The translations under genes and the position numbers were made by a program. Source: Monocercomonoides exilis PA203 (Eukaryota; Protista; Preaxostyla). From it: 64,000 nucleotides of DNA. The notes beneath the pieces are model-generated. The model was not told the origin of the DNA. It saw only the letters and a program-made list of their open reading frames with translations, and ran no database searches. Positions 12,769-24,700 of the stretch are shown in pieces. The stretch lies in assembly GCA_001643675.2 (NCBI GenBank), contig LSRY02000054.1, positions 310,001-374,000 on the forward strand, given 5' to 3'. Every line of letters starts with the position of its first letter. The first letter of the stretch is position 1.

Positions 12769-15198
12769 ATGCTATTTGTTTTACTGGCTTTCACATTTGC
12801 AATTTCACAAGAATTGGATGAAGCAAAACCATATATTGTTTACGTCAAGCAAAGTGGAAGTGACACCAAAACTGGTACTGAGATCGGTCAGGAAAGGAAA
12901 TCTTTGAAAAGTGCATATGATCTGCTGGGAGATGATGAAGCATGCAAGATCTGTGTTGTTAATGATGAAACCGCATTTACAGTAGAAGCAATAACTTTCA
13001 GCAAAAGTGAAGGAATAATGATTGAAGGAGTTGACATCAAGGGAACGAAAAATGAAATCGTTTCAATTGACTGCGATGTTCATCCAAGTGGAAGTCTTTT
13101 AATATGTAGAGAAGATACTGAATACAAATATTTGGCATTCCACTTTCCCGTTATTTTAAGCAGTTATGGAACATATCCATTGATTCATGGGGTTGGAAGG
13201 GAACTCACCATAAAAAACTGTCAATTTATTCATCCCCCAACAAATAACAAAATTGGGGAATATGCCGTTGTGCATGTGGAAGGCAGTAATATACATATGG
13301 ATTCAGTTGAGTGTATTGATGAAAATCAAACAATTTCAATTTCTCGCGCAATTTTTTTTTTTGCGAATCCCAAAGCAGTATCATTAACGAATGTGACTTT
13401 GAAGAAAATTTCCAGTGATAGTTCACTCGTTACCATAGAAGAATACAAAGATATTGAAATGGATGTGACTCTGAATAACTGTTCTTTCATTGAATGTCAA
13501 GCTGGATACAATGGAATTTTTTTGGTTTATAGCGAAAGTTGTGAAAGCATGTTCACAATTGAAGATGGAGGTGTGACATCTTTCATCTCATGCAGTGGCA
13601 GTGGATCTAATGCCAAATCTGGTGGAATCTATTTGGAAATGCCAAACATTCAATCAGCATCTCAACTGAAATGGCCAACAAATGGAAAGAACCTGGTATT
13701 TCAGGATTGCTTTTGTGGAGAAGGAGAGTCAAAAAAAAACATTGGGCTGTTCATTCGAATGAAAAATGATTCTTTGTTCAAAGATATTGCAGATTCAATG
13801 ATGAACAGTTTTGCAGCTGATTACACACGAAAAGATAACTCCTGGTTTGTTGTTGGATATGACAATAATACCAAAAAAGAATATGATTTCGTTAGCACAT
13901 ATTTTGATCCACCTCCTCAAAAGCCAGATAATATGTCAAGAGCATTTGTGGAGAAAGGAGGGAAGGGAAATGGAATCGATGTAAATTCTGCAATCAACAG
14001 CATGAAGGAAGCTTATGATTTCTTGGAAAAAAGTGGAAAATGTTTCATTGACATAATCAAAACTGCAGATCCTGTGAAGGCTGAAGGAATCATCTTCTCA
14101 GCCAACTATGGAATAACAATTGAAGGAGTGAATGACAATGGAGAAGGAAATATAGAAGTTTCCATAAATTGTGACGTTTCTGTTTCATCTGTTCTCTTTT
14201 CTTGTCAGAAAACTGTGGAATTCAAGTATCTGGCATTCCAATTCTCTTCAACAGAAAAGAATTGGGACTCATTGATCAGTGCTGGATCAGGTTCAATATC
14301 ACTGAAAATATCAACATGTCGATTTGTCAGAATTGGATCACAAACACAAGAAGGAATGAATTCAAATGCTGATGGAAACAGCCCCTTGGCAAGCAGTCTT
14401 GTGAGTGTGACATCTGGAAGTGTGGAAATGGACACAGTGAAATGCACAGATGAAACCTCATTTGTGTCATTCTCATCATCACCCTATTCATTTCATGGAG
14501 CCTATGTTGTATCGTTAAGTGATGTGGAGATCAACAAAGTGAATGCGGAAAGTGGAGCAGCGATCAGCATCAGAGATAAAAGTGATTCATCTTCAAATGT
14601 TTTAATTGAAGGACTGAATGTTCAAGAAGTGAAATCGGAGAAAGGAGCAGCAGCAGGGTTGGATATCACCCTCAGTTCAGAAGAATCAAGAGTTTCAATT
14701 GGAAGGGAAAGCAAATGTTCATTCAAGTCATGTTCAGCAACAGAAGGGAAATCAGGAGCAATATTCATTGAGATGCCCAAGGCAACATCGAATCTGAAAC
14801 TCCCTTCAGAACACAACCTGGAGATCGACAGCTCAAACACAGCTGGCTCAAAAACAACTTCTCTGTTCATTATTGCCCCAGACTTCGACAAGTTCTGCAA
14901 ACAAGAAGATGCCTTTGAGTTTGCGAATGACTATGATGATTCCACTGTTGGGTGGGTTGAGGGAGCAAAAGATGCAGATTCAGAGCCTGAAGATGTGTAT
15001 GAGAAGTATGTGAAAGTGAGACAAGAGAAACTGAAAGATCAAAACAAAAAGAAGAAGGCAGGGATCGTTGTTGCCATTGTTGTGCCGATTGTTGTTGTGG
15101 TTGCAGTTGTGGTGATTGTGATTGTCATTGTTGTTGTGAGGAAAAGGAAATCAAGAAATGAAGAGAATAACGGAAAGGAACAAGAAATGAATAATTGA
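12769..15198 (+). CDS. Type I membrane surface protein (signal peptide, two internal repeat modules, C-terminal TM helix), intronless, 809 aa
   Basis: Signal-like MLFVLLAFTFA; duplicated blocks (GIMIEGVD/GITIEGVN, YKYLAFHF/FKYLAFQF, KSGGIYLEMP/KSGAIFIEMP, FAADY/FANDY); TM GIVVAIVVPIVVVVAVVVIVIVIVVV followed by RKRK. Confidence 0.9.
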   Translation: MLFVLLAFTFAISQELDEAKPYIVYVKQSGSDTKTGTEIGQERKSLKSAYDLLGDDEACKICVVNDETAFTVEAITFSKSEGIMIEGVDIKGTKNEIVSIDCDVHPSGSLLICREDTEYKYLAFHFPVILSSYGTYPLIHGVGRELTIKNCQFIHPPTNNKIGEYAVVHVEGSNIHMDSVECIDENQTISISRAIFFFANPKAVSLTNVTLKKISSDSSLVTIEEYKDIEMDVTLNNCSFIECQAGYNGIFLVYSESCESMFTIEDGGVTSFISCSGSGSNAKSGGIYLEMPNIQSASQLKWPTNGKNLVFQDCFCGEGESKKNIGLFIRMKNDSLFKDIADSMMNSFAADYTRKDNSWFVVGYDNNTKKEYDFVSTYFDPPPQKPDNMSRAFVEKGGKGNGIDVNSAINSMKEAYDFLEKSGKCFIDIIKTADPVKAEGIIFSANYGITIEGVNDNGEGNIEVSINCDVSVSSVLFSCQKTVEFKYLAFQFSSTEKNWDSLISAGSGSISLKISTCRFVRIGSQTQEGMNSNADGNSPLASSLVSVTSGSVEMDTVKCTDETSFVSFSSSPYSFHGAYVVSLSDVEINKVNAESGAAISIRDKSDSSSNVLIEGLNVQEVKSEKGAAAGLDITLSSEESRVSIGRESKCSFKSCSATEGKSGAIFIEMPKATSNLKLPSEHNLEIDSSNTAGSKTTSLFIIAPDFDKFCKQEDAFEFANDYDDSTVGWVEGAKDADSEPEDVYEKYVKVRQEKLKDQNKKKKAGIVVAIVVPIVVVVAVVVIVIVIVVVRKRKSRNEENNGKEQEMNN

Positions 15199-15871
15199 TT
15201 TTAAAGAGATCCATCATATATTTTCCAAAACAACATTAGTTCTTGATATTCTGTGTATATTCATTTGCATAATATATTCTTGCTTTTTTATTACTTTTTC
15301 AATTTGTTTAACTGTCTTTTTCAAAGATATTCTCACTTAATTCAATACATATCACTCGATAAATAATACTATGAACACAAAATATTACCGAAATCTTTTT
15401 ATTGATAAATATAGACGCCTTTTTTTTTTTTTTTTGTTTTTTTTTCAAAATGTGAAAAATACACTGAAACTTTAGAGAAATCAAGAAAAATAATATTTCA
15501 AAAAACTTATAATCTCGTTAACAAAAATTGCTATTCATTTGTTATTGTTTTTCAATAACAGAGACTTCTTTTAGAATAATTTGAATAAATAATGTTGATT
15601 CATTTTCAATTCAATTTCGTAAAAAAAACACAATTCTTTGTATTCATTCAAAAAATTAATATTCAGATTGAATTAAAATAAATAAAGGAAATTGTTATTA
15701 AACGACATCCACATAACTTGAAATTGTTTGTCCAAATAAACAATCAGGAAAAGAAGCACACAATCTCAATAAGAATTTTTATCTTTTCAATCAAAGCAAA
15801 CAAATGTGAAGAAAATGATTTCTTTCATTGTCGAATTGAATGGAGAGCTGCAAATGATTCAATTGATAGAA

Positions 15872-17690
15872 ATGAAACATTCACCTGATTATTTTCTTTA
15901 ATCCCTTTTTTCAGGGTTGCTTGCAACGCTTGAAAAAGGTTCTGAAAATGAACAAAAATGCATGATCTCAGAAATTGATAAAACTGTTGAAGAGATGGAT
16001 GCTAATGAACTGTTTTCAGTATTTACCACAGAAACACTCAACAGAAACGATGGAATGATTGAAGAAAATAAAATATCTTTGAAGAATATGTGTTTGTTGT
16101 TGAAGCACATCGGAATTTTCAAAGAGACGAACCACTAATATTTTCAACGATTCAGAGAGTATCCATCTGGAAAAACAATTCATAAGATGATTACTGAATA
16201 AGAGCAGAAGAATGAAGGGAAGAATGAAAAGCTGCATGCTGTCCTTTGTGGATGCTATTTGTTTTTGATACAAAGTCTTTTCAACTGAATTGTTTTCCAT
16301 TTGAGTGCCTGTCATTCTGAAAGTTGCCTTTTAAAAAGATGAAAGCGAGGATGCACAAAAAGAAAGTGGAAATTGCTTTGCAGGCTCTGAGTTCCATTTG
16401 TAAGCATTGTGTTTTAAATTTTCATGATTCTTTTTGTTTTTTTGATGTATTTTTATAAATGCGAGTGGTTATTTTTGAAATCATAACTTTTTTCAGAATG
16501 TTGTTTTTTCTAAGATTGTTGTTCATTTTGAAGAGCTTTTGGATTCAAATTGCAAAATCATCACAACTGTTTTTAAACAAATCTTTATGTTAAAATAAAG
16601 AAAAAGAAATCTATATAGAGCATTTTCATTTTTCAAAGTTCATTTGTTAATATTCTAAAGAATCTTTTGAACCGATTGCTTTGAACGGAAAAATACGGGT
16701 AATTGTTTTAGAAATAATTATCTTTCATTCAAAATTTTCTGTTCAAAAATTTCCCCAAAAATATGGATTAATGATCACTGAAAAGTGAAAAAGCACAATA
16801 AAGAAAGTCTTTTCTTTATTTCAGATGAATCATTAATTTTTTTTAACACTCGTGATAAATTGAGCATCTTATTTCAAAAGCTCTTCCCAATGACAAACAA
16901 CCTTTGATAAATCAACACACCGAAAAAAGTTATGATTTCAAAAATAATCGCCCGAATGATATTTAAAATAAACACCCATATTAAAGCAGAAAATCGAGAA
17001 AAAATAATATTTGGATTTTATCAAAGAAATCCACAAACATCATCAGGAGCATTGCAATCAAAATAGACCGGCATGTCAGTGTGCTTGGTCGCTTTTTTAC
17101 CGAGAATACTTAGAAAGAAGAAAGAAACAAGTGATTGTGAATGAACTGCATTTAGCGAGAAATGCAACAAATGAACTTTAGTGATTATTGAAATGCATTG
17201 ATAAGAAGAAGAAAGAAGAAGAAAGAAGAGAAGAAAAAGCGAATAAAGTGGTTATATAAAAGATGTGACTCCAAATAATGAACGAGTTCTTTTTGCTTTT
17301 CAAGTCATGAGATTAAGTGTATGACGAAGTGATACACTATGTTGTTGGAGTGAGCAGGGTTTCGAGAGAGAGTGAAAAAGAAGAATGTGAAGAAGCTTTT
17401 TTCTTTTGATCGAGATTGCAAACATAGAAAAATGTTCATTTCGATTCCTTGTTGCATGGAGACGTTTTTAATCTGATTTTGGAGTAGGCACAGAAGCCAA
17501 CATTTATCAACTTTTCGTTATTCAAACTCTCAGTGTTCTGTTAGAGAATTATAAGCATGCTGCAAAGGAAGGCAGAAAGCAAAATTGAAGAAGCAAAAAG
17601 AAAATCAGGTCAGATAAAGTTTCTTGAATTATTTGAAGAAGAAGTGGATGAAGACTTGTTAGAACCCTTTTCATAAATGTTTATTAATTA
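15872..17690 (+). pseudogene. Decayed member of an expanded lineage-specific helical-repeat gene family, interrupted by MITEs
   Basis: Coding-like fragments in shifting frames with stops (ELFSVFTTE...MIEENKISLKNMCLLLKHIG; VPVILKVA; VEIALQALS; IVNELHLARNATNEL). Interrupted at ~16460-16953. Confidence 0.65.
16463..16953. mobile_element. Two adjacent family-A MITE copies (16463-16696 partial, 16697-16953 full length)
   Basis: GAGTGGTTATTTTTGAAATCATAAC at 16463, GGGTAATTGTTTTAGAAAT at 16697 and TATGATTTCAAAAATAATCGCCC ending at 16953. Confidence 0.7.
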
Positions 17691-17723
17691 AAACACTTAG
17701 TTAAATTCCCATACATCGTTGAA

Positions 17724-19714
17724 TAGGGTCATAATTTTAACTTGACCTTTTTTTATCAAGACCTTTTTTTTTAGTTAAATCAGTATCTTTTCCCACAATT
17801 TTATGTTTCAAAAGAATTTTTAGCACATATATGAATTCAAAAGATAAAAATAAATACATTTTGAAACAAACCCAATTTCGCATTTGGGGAGATGGTGGTT
17901 AAGCTCCTTCATTAAACTTCTGTATGGAATTGGAAGGAAACATGTGGCACAAAACCATCAGTTTGATAAATATGTTATTTTAAGAATTTTTTTTCATTTC
18001 ATTTCAATCGAAAAATTAAAAATTATTATGATCTTAAGAATATAATTAATAAAATGATAATTTTTGTGGAAATTTAATAAAAAGAAGGAAAGAAAAAACT
18101 GTAACGCGCAATGTCTTCGCGTAAGTTCAGGAAGTATCACAGTCGGCTGGAGCGAATAGCTCACATCGTTGTAGATGGAGTTGTTCGCATCACAAATGCT
18201 ATTAATTCCAAGGAATTTCGTCGCACAGGTTTCAAAAATGCAGTTTGAGCGCTGAGAAAATGAAGGCTGGTTGGAAAAGTTTGCAGACCTGCAACAGTAG
18301 TATGCAAAAAGGAACAGAGAGTTTCAGATATTATTCACATTGAAGCAAAGTCTGGAACATGATTAACTTTAAAAAAAAAGTAAATTGGTTTGTTTTATTT
18401 GCATTCCTTTGTTTTGTTCATTTGTTTTTCAGATTGAAAATGTTATAAACGACAACGATGACGAAGACGCTCCATTTACAGAAGTTTGAATGTCTGCAAC
18501 TTATGGCCTTGTCAAGCAACACACGGAGCTGAAGACTGGAACACCGAAAAATTTGGATATCAACCGACTGGATGTTTCGTGCAAAAGTGTGTTTTAAAAC
18601 CCTGGTGCGAAACATTCGACGAGCTGCACGAAAAATACCATTTCATCCCAGTTTTAATTTTAAACATCGATGAATCTTCAACGCAAGTACTTTCAGATTC
18701 AAAACAGCTTGTTGTCCAAACAGCAGATCCAAAAGCAGGTTATACGAAAGAACCACCAAGAAAGAATAATTCTTCATTCGTTGCAGCTGTTGTTACAGAT
18801 GGGAATACCTTTCCTTTTGTCATTTTGTGACCAAGCGTCAACCTGCCAGATGAGCTGAAATGCCTGTTATCTCCAACGCTTGAGATATGGGCAAATAGAA
18901 ATGGCTGAATGGACAACGAGTCCTTTAATATGAATGCTCTCACAGTTCTTCTTCCTTCTATCATCGAAAAAAGAAAGCGCATGTCACTTGAAAACGAACA
19001 CATTCTTCTCCTTCTTGATTCACATGCATCTCGCGCTGATCCATCGATCCTGCGAGAATTCCAAAAACAACAAGTCGAGATTTCAACCTTCGTGCCATAC
19101 ATCATTCACCTGTGTCAACCACTGGACAGAGGAGCGTTTGCTGTGTTCAAATCTGAACTGACAAACAGATTTGAGGCTCCATCTTCTTCTTCATCTTCCT
19201 CCAAACGAGCAGCAATTTCCGATTTTCTGCATCAAGCCATCCACACTGCATTATCTCCTTCTGTTATTCAGAAAGCTTTTGTCTGCAGTGGTGTTCTTCA
19301 CTATTCTTCTGGGCCAGTTCTTATGAAACTGCACGAATCTTCAATTTACCCTCTTCCATCTAGAAGAAATAGATTCAACTTTTTTGGAAAAGTGATAACT
19401 TACGAAAACCTATTTGAGAAATGGGAAAATCATTTAAAAATGAATATTGAATGGAAAAATGAAATGGATGAAAAGGAAAAAGATGAAATGAAGGCTGTTG
19501 TGGATAATAAAAAGTTAATATCAACTTGTTAAATACGATGATTCAGAAGATGAAAAGAAAGATTATGCATTAAATCGAGGTGAAGGAAAAAGGAAAGTTA
19601 TCAGAAGAATTAATTCTGATTTTGTTTTTTATTAATTTTGTTTTTTGAACTTTTCACACTTCATTTTTTTGGGTCAGAATAAGAAAAAGTTTCAAGATAA
19701 AATAATGACTCTTA
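17724..19714 (+). mobile_element. Degenerate pogo-type (DDE_1, DD35D) DNA transposon
   Basis: Transposase motifs NIDESS, NG(W>stop)M, LLLDSHASR and HLCQPLD with 35 aa between D2 and D3. Frameshift near 18593, in-frame TGA at 18828 and 18906. Left TIR taGGGTCATAATTTTAACTTGACC; degenerate right TIR ~19672-19714. Confidence 0.85.
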
Positions 19715-20071
19715 TTCTGATGTTTGTTCAATCCATGAATTTTTTGCTAAATGGGAACAGTTTCTATGAACGTTAGCAATTCAGTTCTGGATTCACATGT
19801 TAAAGATCATTCAAAAATTACAGTTGTCCAAATTATAATATTTCTCAAACATAAATCTGAACAGTTCCATAATATTAGATGACATTTCAACAGGAGAATA
19901 TCAACATTTTTTCAAAAAAGAATGACTTTATCCTTTTCAATTCTTGGTAATTATTCAGGAAATTATTATTCTATTAATTTTTGTCACAATGCTTTTTGAA
20001 ATGAGATGATTTTTCAAAATATAATAGAGCGATTTAAGAAAAAAATATCCCATAACTCTTTTTTCAAACAT

Positions 20072-20778
20072 TACACCAAAAATTATTCAACATCGAAAAA
20101 GTTTAATTCAACATCGAAAATTATTATTCGAAATCGAAAAAGTTTCAAACAACATCGAAAATTCTATATGATCAAAAAATTTAAAAAAATTTTTAAAAAA
20201 TTCATTCTCATGTCAGTTTATTTTCTTTCAGAAAATGATCAAAGAAATTTATCAATTTCAATCAGAAAAACATTTTCTGATGTTTATTTGGTGTTTGATT
20301 GTTTGAAATAGAGTATATAGGATAAAACTGAGTTATAATAAAACTCTTTACATTTGTTCAGAAGATTATAAGCAATTTGAGCAAAAAATAAAAGTGAAAG
20401 GATAGTTCATGTTCTTGTTTTGTGCACAAAAAGACAGAAATTTTTCTCATTTATTGAAAACGAAATGATTTGAATTTCATTCATTGCATTGGAAACTGAT
20501 AAAATAAAACATTTTCAATATTCAAAATGAAAAAAGAATCGTTGATATCAGTCTTTATAATAGAAAACAGTAGTTTAAAACAAAATGAAAACGTTTTCAA
20601 TAAATAAACATTTGCAATTATAAACATTTGTGTCTACAAAATTTCCTTGGTTTTGACATTAATTGAAATACTGAACCAATTATCTTCTTTTTCGATTTTG
20701 AATAATAATTTTCGACACTGAATTTAATATTTTCGATTTCGAATTAAAGTTTTTCGATTTTGAATAATTTTTGGTGTG
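20072..20778. mobile_element. 707-bp non-autonomous TIR element with subterminal ~20-bp tandem repeats (CACTA/EnSpm-like architecture)
   Basis: ACACCAAAAATTATTCAA.ATCGAAAAA at the left end and its reverse complement at the right end. Repeated ATTCAA(C/A)ATCGAAAA-like units inverted at both ends; AT on both flanks. Confidence 0.65.
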
Positions 20779-20787
20779 ATCAATTTC

Positions 20788-20789
<2 letters not shown>

Positions 20790-20851
<62 letters not shown>
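20790..20851 (+). repeat. Poly(A) tract, about 62 nt
   Basis: Direct observation. Confidence 0.95.
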
Positions 20852-20856
<5 letters not shown>

Positions 20857-21711
20857 CTATCTACATGTTTATCTCTTTCTTTTTTCACAAAAATTCAATA
20901 TTGTTCCAATTTTTGACAATTTATCTTCTTTTTTCTTTTCTTTTCTCATTTCTTTCTTTTCTTTCTTTCTTTCTTTCTTTCTTTCTTTTTTCTTCTTCTT
21001 TTTTGGAAAAAATAAAATACTTGCATTTTTCATTCGGCCACCTTATTTGAAAAATCAGATTTCATTCGCAATTCACCTATTGTAATTTTCCTTCATCGGA
21101 GCAACAAAATACAAATAACGTAAATTACTCGATTCATAAATTCAATCAAGAATAGATTTAAATAAAAATTTAATTTGAAAAGTTTGTTGCTCTTTTGAAA
21201 GTTAAAGTATCTGTCTCAAAACAAATTTCTTCACAAAACAGAGGTTATTATAGCACCTCCTAATATCATTCACAAAAATCTAAAACAAATAAAGTTGGTA
21301 AAACAAAGATCTTATCAATCAATCCCAAATTCAAAAATCAACAAATATAACCCAAATAATTAAAAATCAAGATGGAAAAAAAACTTGAAGGATAAAATAT
21401 AAAAATTTCACTCCTTCGTTTCAAATAATAAATTGAAAATTGAAATAAAATTTTTTATAGAATAAAATTAAAAATAGCATTCAGTAATGAAGTGTGAGGG
21501 ATCACAAAAGTAAAAAATTGTTCATAAATCTCAAAAAATGCCTCAAATTATTTCAAAATTATCAAATCTGAAGGAACTTTTTTGTTCAAGATAAAAATAA
21601 TCAAAAAAAATTAACAGATAGAAACTTGATAAATAAATATTAAAACTTCTAAATTACCGAAGTATTTTTTTAAAGAAAAAAGACAGATAGAAAGAAGAAA
21701 CATCTAATTGC

Positions 21712-24700
21712 TTACTGATTTGGTGTTGAAACAGACGGAGAAGGAGCGGCAGAATCAGCCTTGCTCGAACGAGGTAGTGGAGGCAAAATGCTAAACGCAG
21801 GCAAATTGCATGGATTCGTATCAGATATTGGGCTGTTATCTGCAGGCAACTGGGCTCCTCCGCTTAACTGTTCACCAGTAAACGTTGACGTTCCGGGTGA
21901 ATGGACACCAAATGACGGTGAGCCAGAAGCATGGCCGATGATATTGCTGCTGCTAATTCCACAACTGTTAATGCCATTGCTATTGCTGCGGCTTGCCATT
22001 CGAGGTGGAGAAAACGCAGACACATTCCAACTGGATGATTGGGAATATGGAGAAGACAGCAAATAGTTCATCGAGCACGGCTGCAACAGACTCAGGGAAT
22101 TTGCATTAATTCCATCTGCAGCAAAAATATCTGTCTCTCCGAACGAGTCTGCACCGCTGACAGAGAAGCTGCTTCTTCCAACAGCATTTTCTTCAGTTGC
22201 AGACTCTTTTGAAGAAGAAGAATGAAAATCTGAAGAACAAAAGTCAATTGAGTCAGCTATGTGTTCTTCTCCTGCTTCGTCATCTGTACTTTCTTCGAAG
22301 CTGTCAAATCTTTCATCATGTTTAGGCTGCTTTTTGTCTTTTCCTGTTGCTCCTTCAGGATGTGCCTCCATTTCACCAAGTTTCACCACATGCGAAACGA
22401 GCTCTGTGTCACCAAACAGCTCCACAGGAGAGTGACGGTCGACAATCATAAACTCCTCGCTTTCATCATCACTGTTATTGCCTTCTTCGTCCTCTTCTTT
22501 AACTTCCTCTTCATCTTCCATGTCCACTTCATCATCCCCCTCTTCCACTTCTTCTGTTACATCTTCACCATCTGTATGTTCTCTTTCTTCCTCAAAAGTA
22601 GTTTTCTTGCTCGTTCTGTTACTTCCACCTCCATTCCTTTTGTGCTTTTCAGAACTCAAAGATTTCTTCGTTTTTCCGTCTGCTTCTTCTTTCTTGTCTT
22701 TCGATATTCCAATCAGAGATGCAATCGATGACCATCCAAATGATCCGCTGTGCCGTTTTAGTTCTGCTCCTTCTTTCTTCTTCTCTGTTGTTTGGCTTTG
22801 TTTGCTTTCTTCATTGTGTAAAGCAGGCAAATTGGACACAATTTGAGGGTTTTGCGCGTTTTGCATTGCTTGAACTCTTTGCTCATTCATTGGATGCTGA
22901 AATGTTGGTAGCTCAAAGTGTGTTTGTGAAGTACTCATGGAAGATGAAGGCAATGTTGAATCTGCTTCAACCCCTTCAGACAAATGTGTTGCTTCGGATT
23001 CATTTGTTTTTGAGTTGCGTTGCATAGATCGATTCACACTCACAATCAACACATCTGCCTCATCCAGAATGCTTATTTCACTGTTGTTGTTAGTGTTCAA
23101 TCCATCGTCTTTAATCCTTGTATCCGCATCAGTTCTTCTAGTGATATTTTTCTTGTGTTCTTCAATCTCCATTGAATCTGCTGCATTTGTTCCTCTTTCT
23201 GGAATTAAACTGCCATTTTGGTTTTGCCTCGTTTCATCTTCCACACCTCCTAATTGTCCAATCCATCTGTCTCTGCAATCTGCTCCATTTGAAGTGAATA
23301 TGTTTGAAGATGATGTTGCAGTTGCAACAGATGAAATGGAATTAATATTTGAATAAGAAAAAGAAGTGGTAGCAGAATATGTTGATGTTGATGCGGGAGA
23401 AGTTGAAATTGAAGGAGAAGAAGATTGCAATTGAATGCTGCTGGCAGCTGCATTCGAAGCTAAAATCGGTGAAACTGTTGGCTCAAGCGTGGAAAATAGT
23501 GTAAAATTCAACCCAATTTTGCTGTTCGTCGCAGCTAATCGAGCTTCCTGCTGAGCTTTTGAAGGTGCAGCCGCGTTGACATCGTCTGAATCAACAAGTC
23601 TGAACAGAATTTCTGTTTCTGATTCCAAATGAACTTCTGAAGTGTCTGACACAACTCCTTCAAAGGCATCTCCACTTTCGCTGTTAACTGCTAATGAAGA
23701 AGAAGATGATGACGATGATAAAGGTGACAAAGTTGAAGAGAGAGAAGAAGGATACCCGATTCGTTTTGATTCAGTTCCGTTCAAATTTGTATTTGCATTT
23801 GCATTCATATTTGAGTTCACACTTGAATAATTGTTTGTCTGGTTACTAAAAATAGGCGAAAATGCCTGAGCATGGGGCATATTGTGATCAAAATCATTGT
23901 AATTCAGAGAAAGCGCCTGAGAGAGTGCCTGGGAAAGTGTTTGAGGCGAGGCAGAAGAAAAAGAGGAGGAGGAAGAAGAATAGGAAGGAAAAGAAGGCAA
24001 ATGTGCGTCAGAAGAACTAGAAGCAGAAAATGGATCCGCATTTGATAGTTCATTTGCTCTTTCGCCTGCATTCTGATTGGGAATGTTGTTGATTGCATTT
24101 GGCCGTTGCAGAAGAGGCTTGAATCCAGGGAAGAATGAGGAAATCGAATTTGATGCAGAAACAGCAGCAGATGAAGGAGAGAGTGATGATGGAAGAGAAG
24201 AAGACATATTATCCTGAGAAGTTTGCTTTGATTGAGAAGAAGATGCAGTTGTTGAATCTGCTGCCGAAGATGCATTGTTAGCTTCATTCAATGAACCATT
24301 CGCATCGACTGTGGGAAGTGAATAAAATGGCTGCTTTGCGAAAGCTGTCTGTTGCAGTGTAGACAAAGGTGGGGTTGTGATGATGGTGAGTGGGTAAATG
24401 TTCCCTTCATCGTCCTTTAGCCCTTCTGCCAGTGATGATGGAGCATACAAATGGTTTGGGGCTGCTTTAGCTTTTGTGTTGGGATTTGAGTCAGAATTTG
24501 CATTGGATGCTGAATTGACAACTTGGAAGTCGAAAATTGACTTTTTGTATTCCAAAAGTGGTGGTTGGATGGTTGCTGGTGTTGAACCAAGAGAAGATGT
24601 GGAGGCTGCAACAGAGTTAGAGGAAACAAATGAAGAAACTGGAGAAGAGGAAGAAGAAGAAGGCATTGTCATTCCAGTAGATGCTGAAGCAGAAGCAGAA

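Noticed and set aside
18828-18908. Alternative genetic code (UGA=Trp or UAR=Gln)
   Set aside because: Conserved host genes terminate at TAA or TGA at the expected positions, and the affected elements also carry frameshifts.
20790-20851. Poly(A) as a retroelement tail
   Set aside because: No reverse transcriptase, SINE head or TSD seen; long homopolymers are common here (49745, 52475, 63172).
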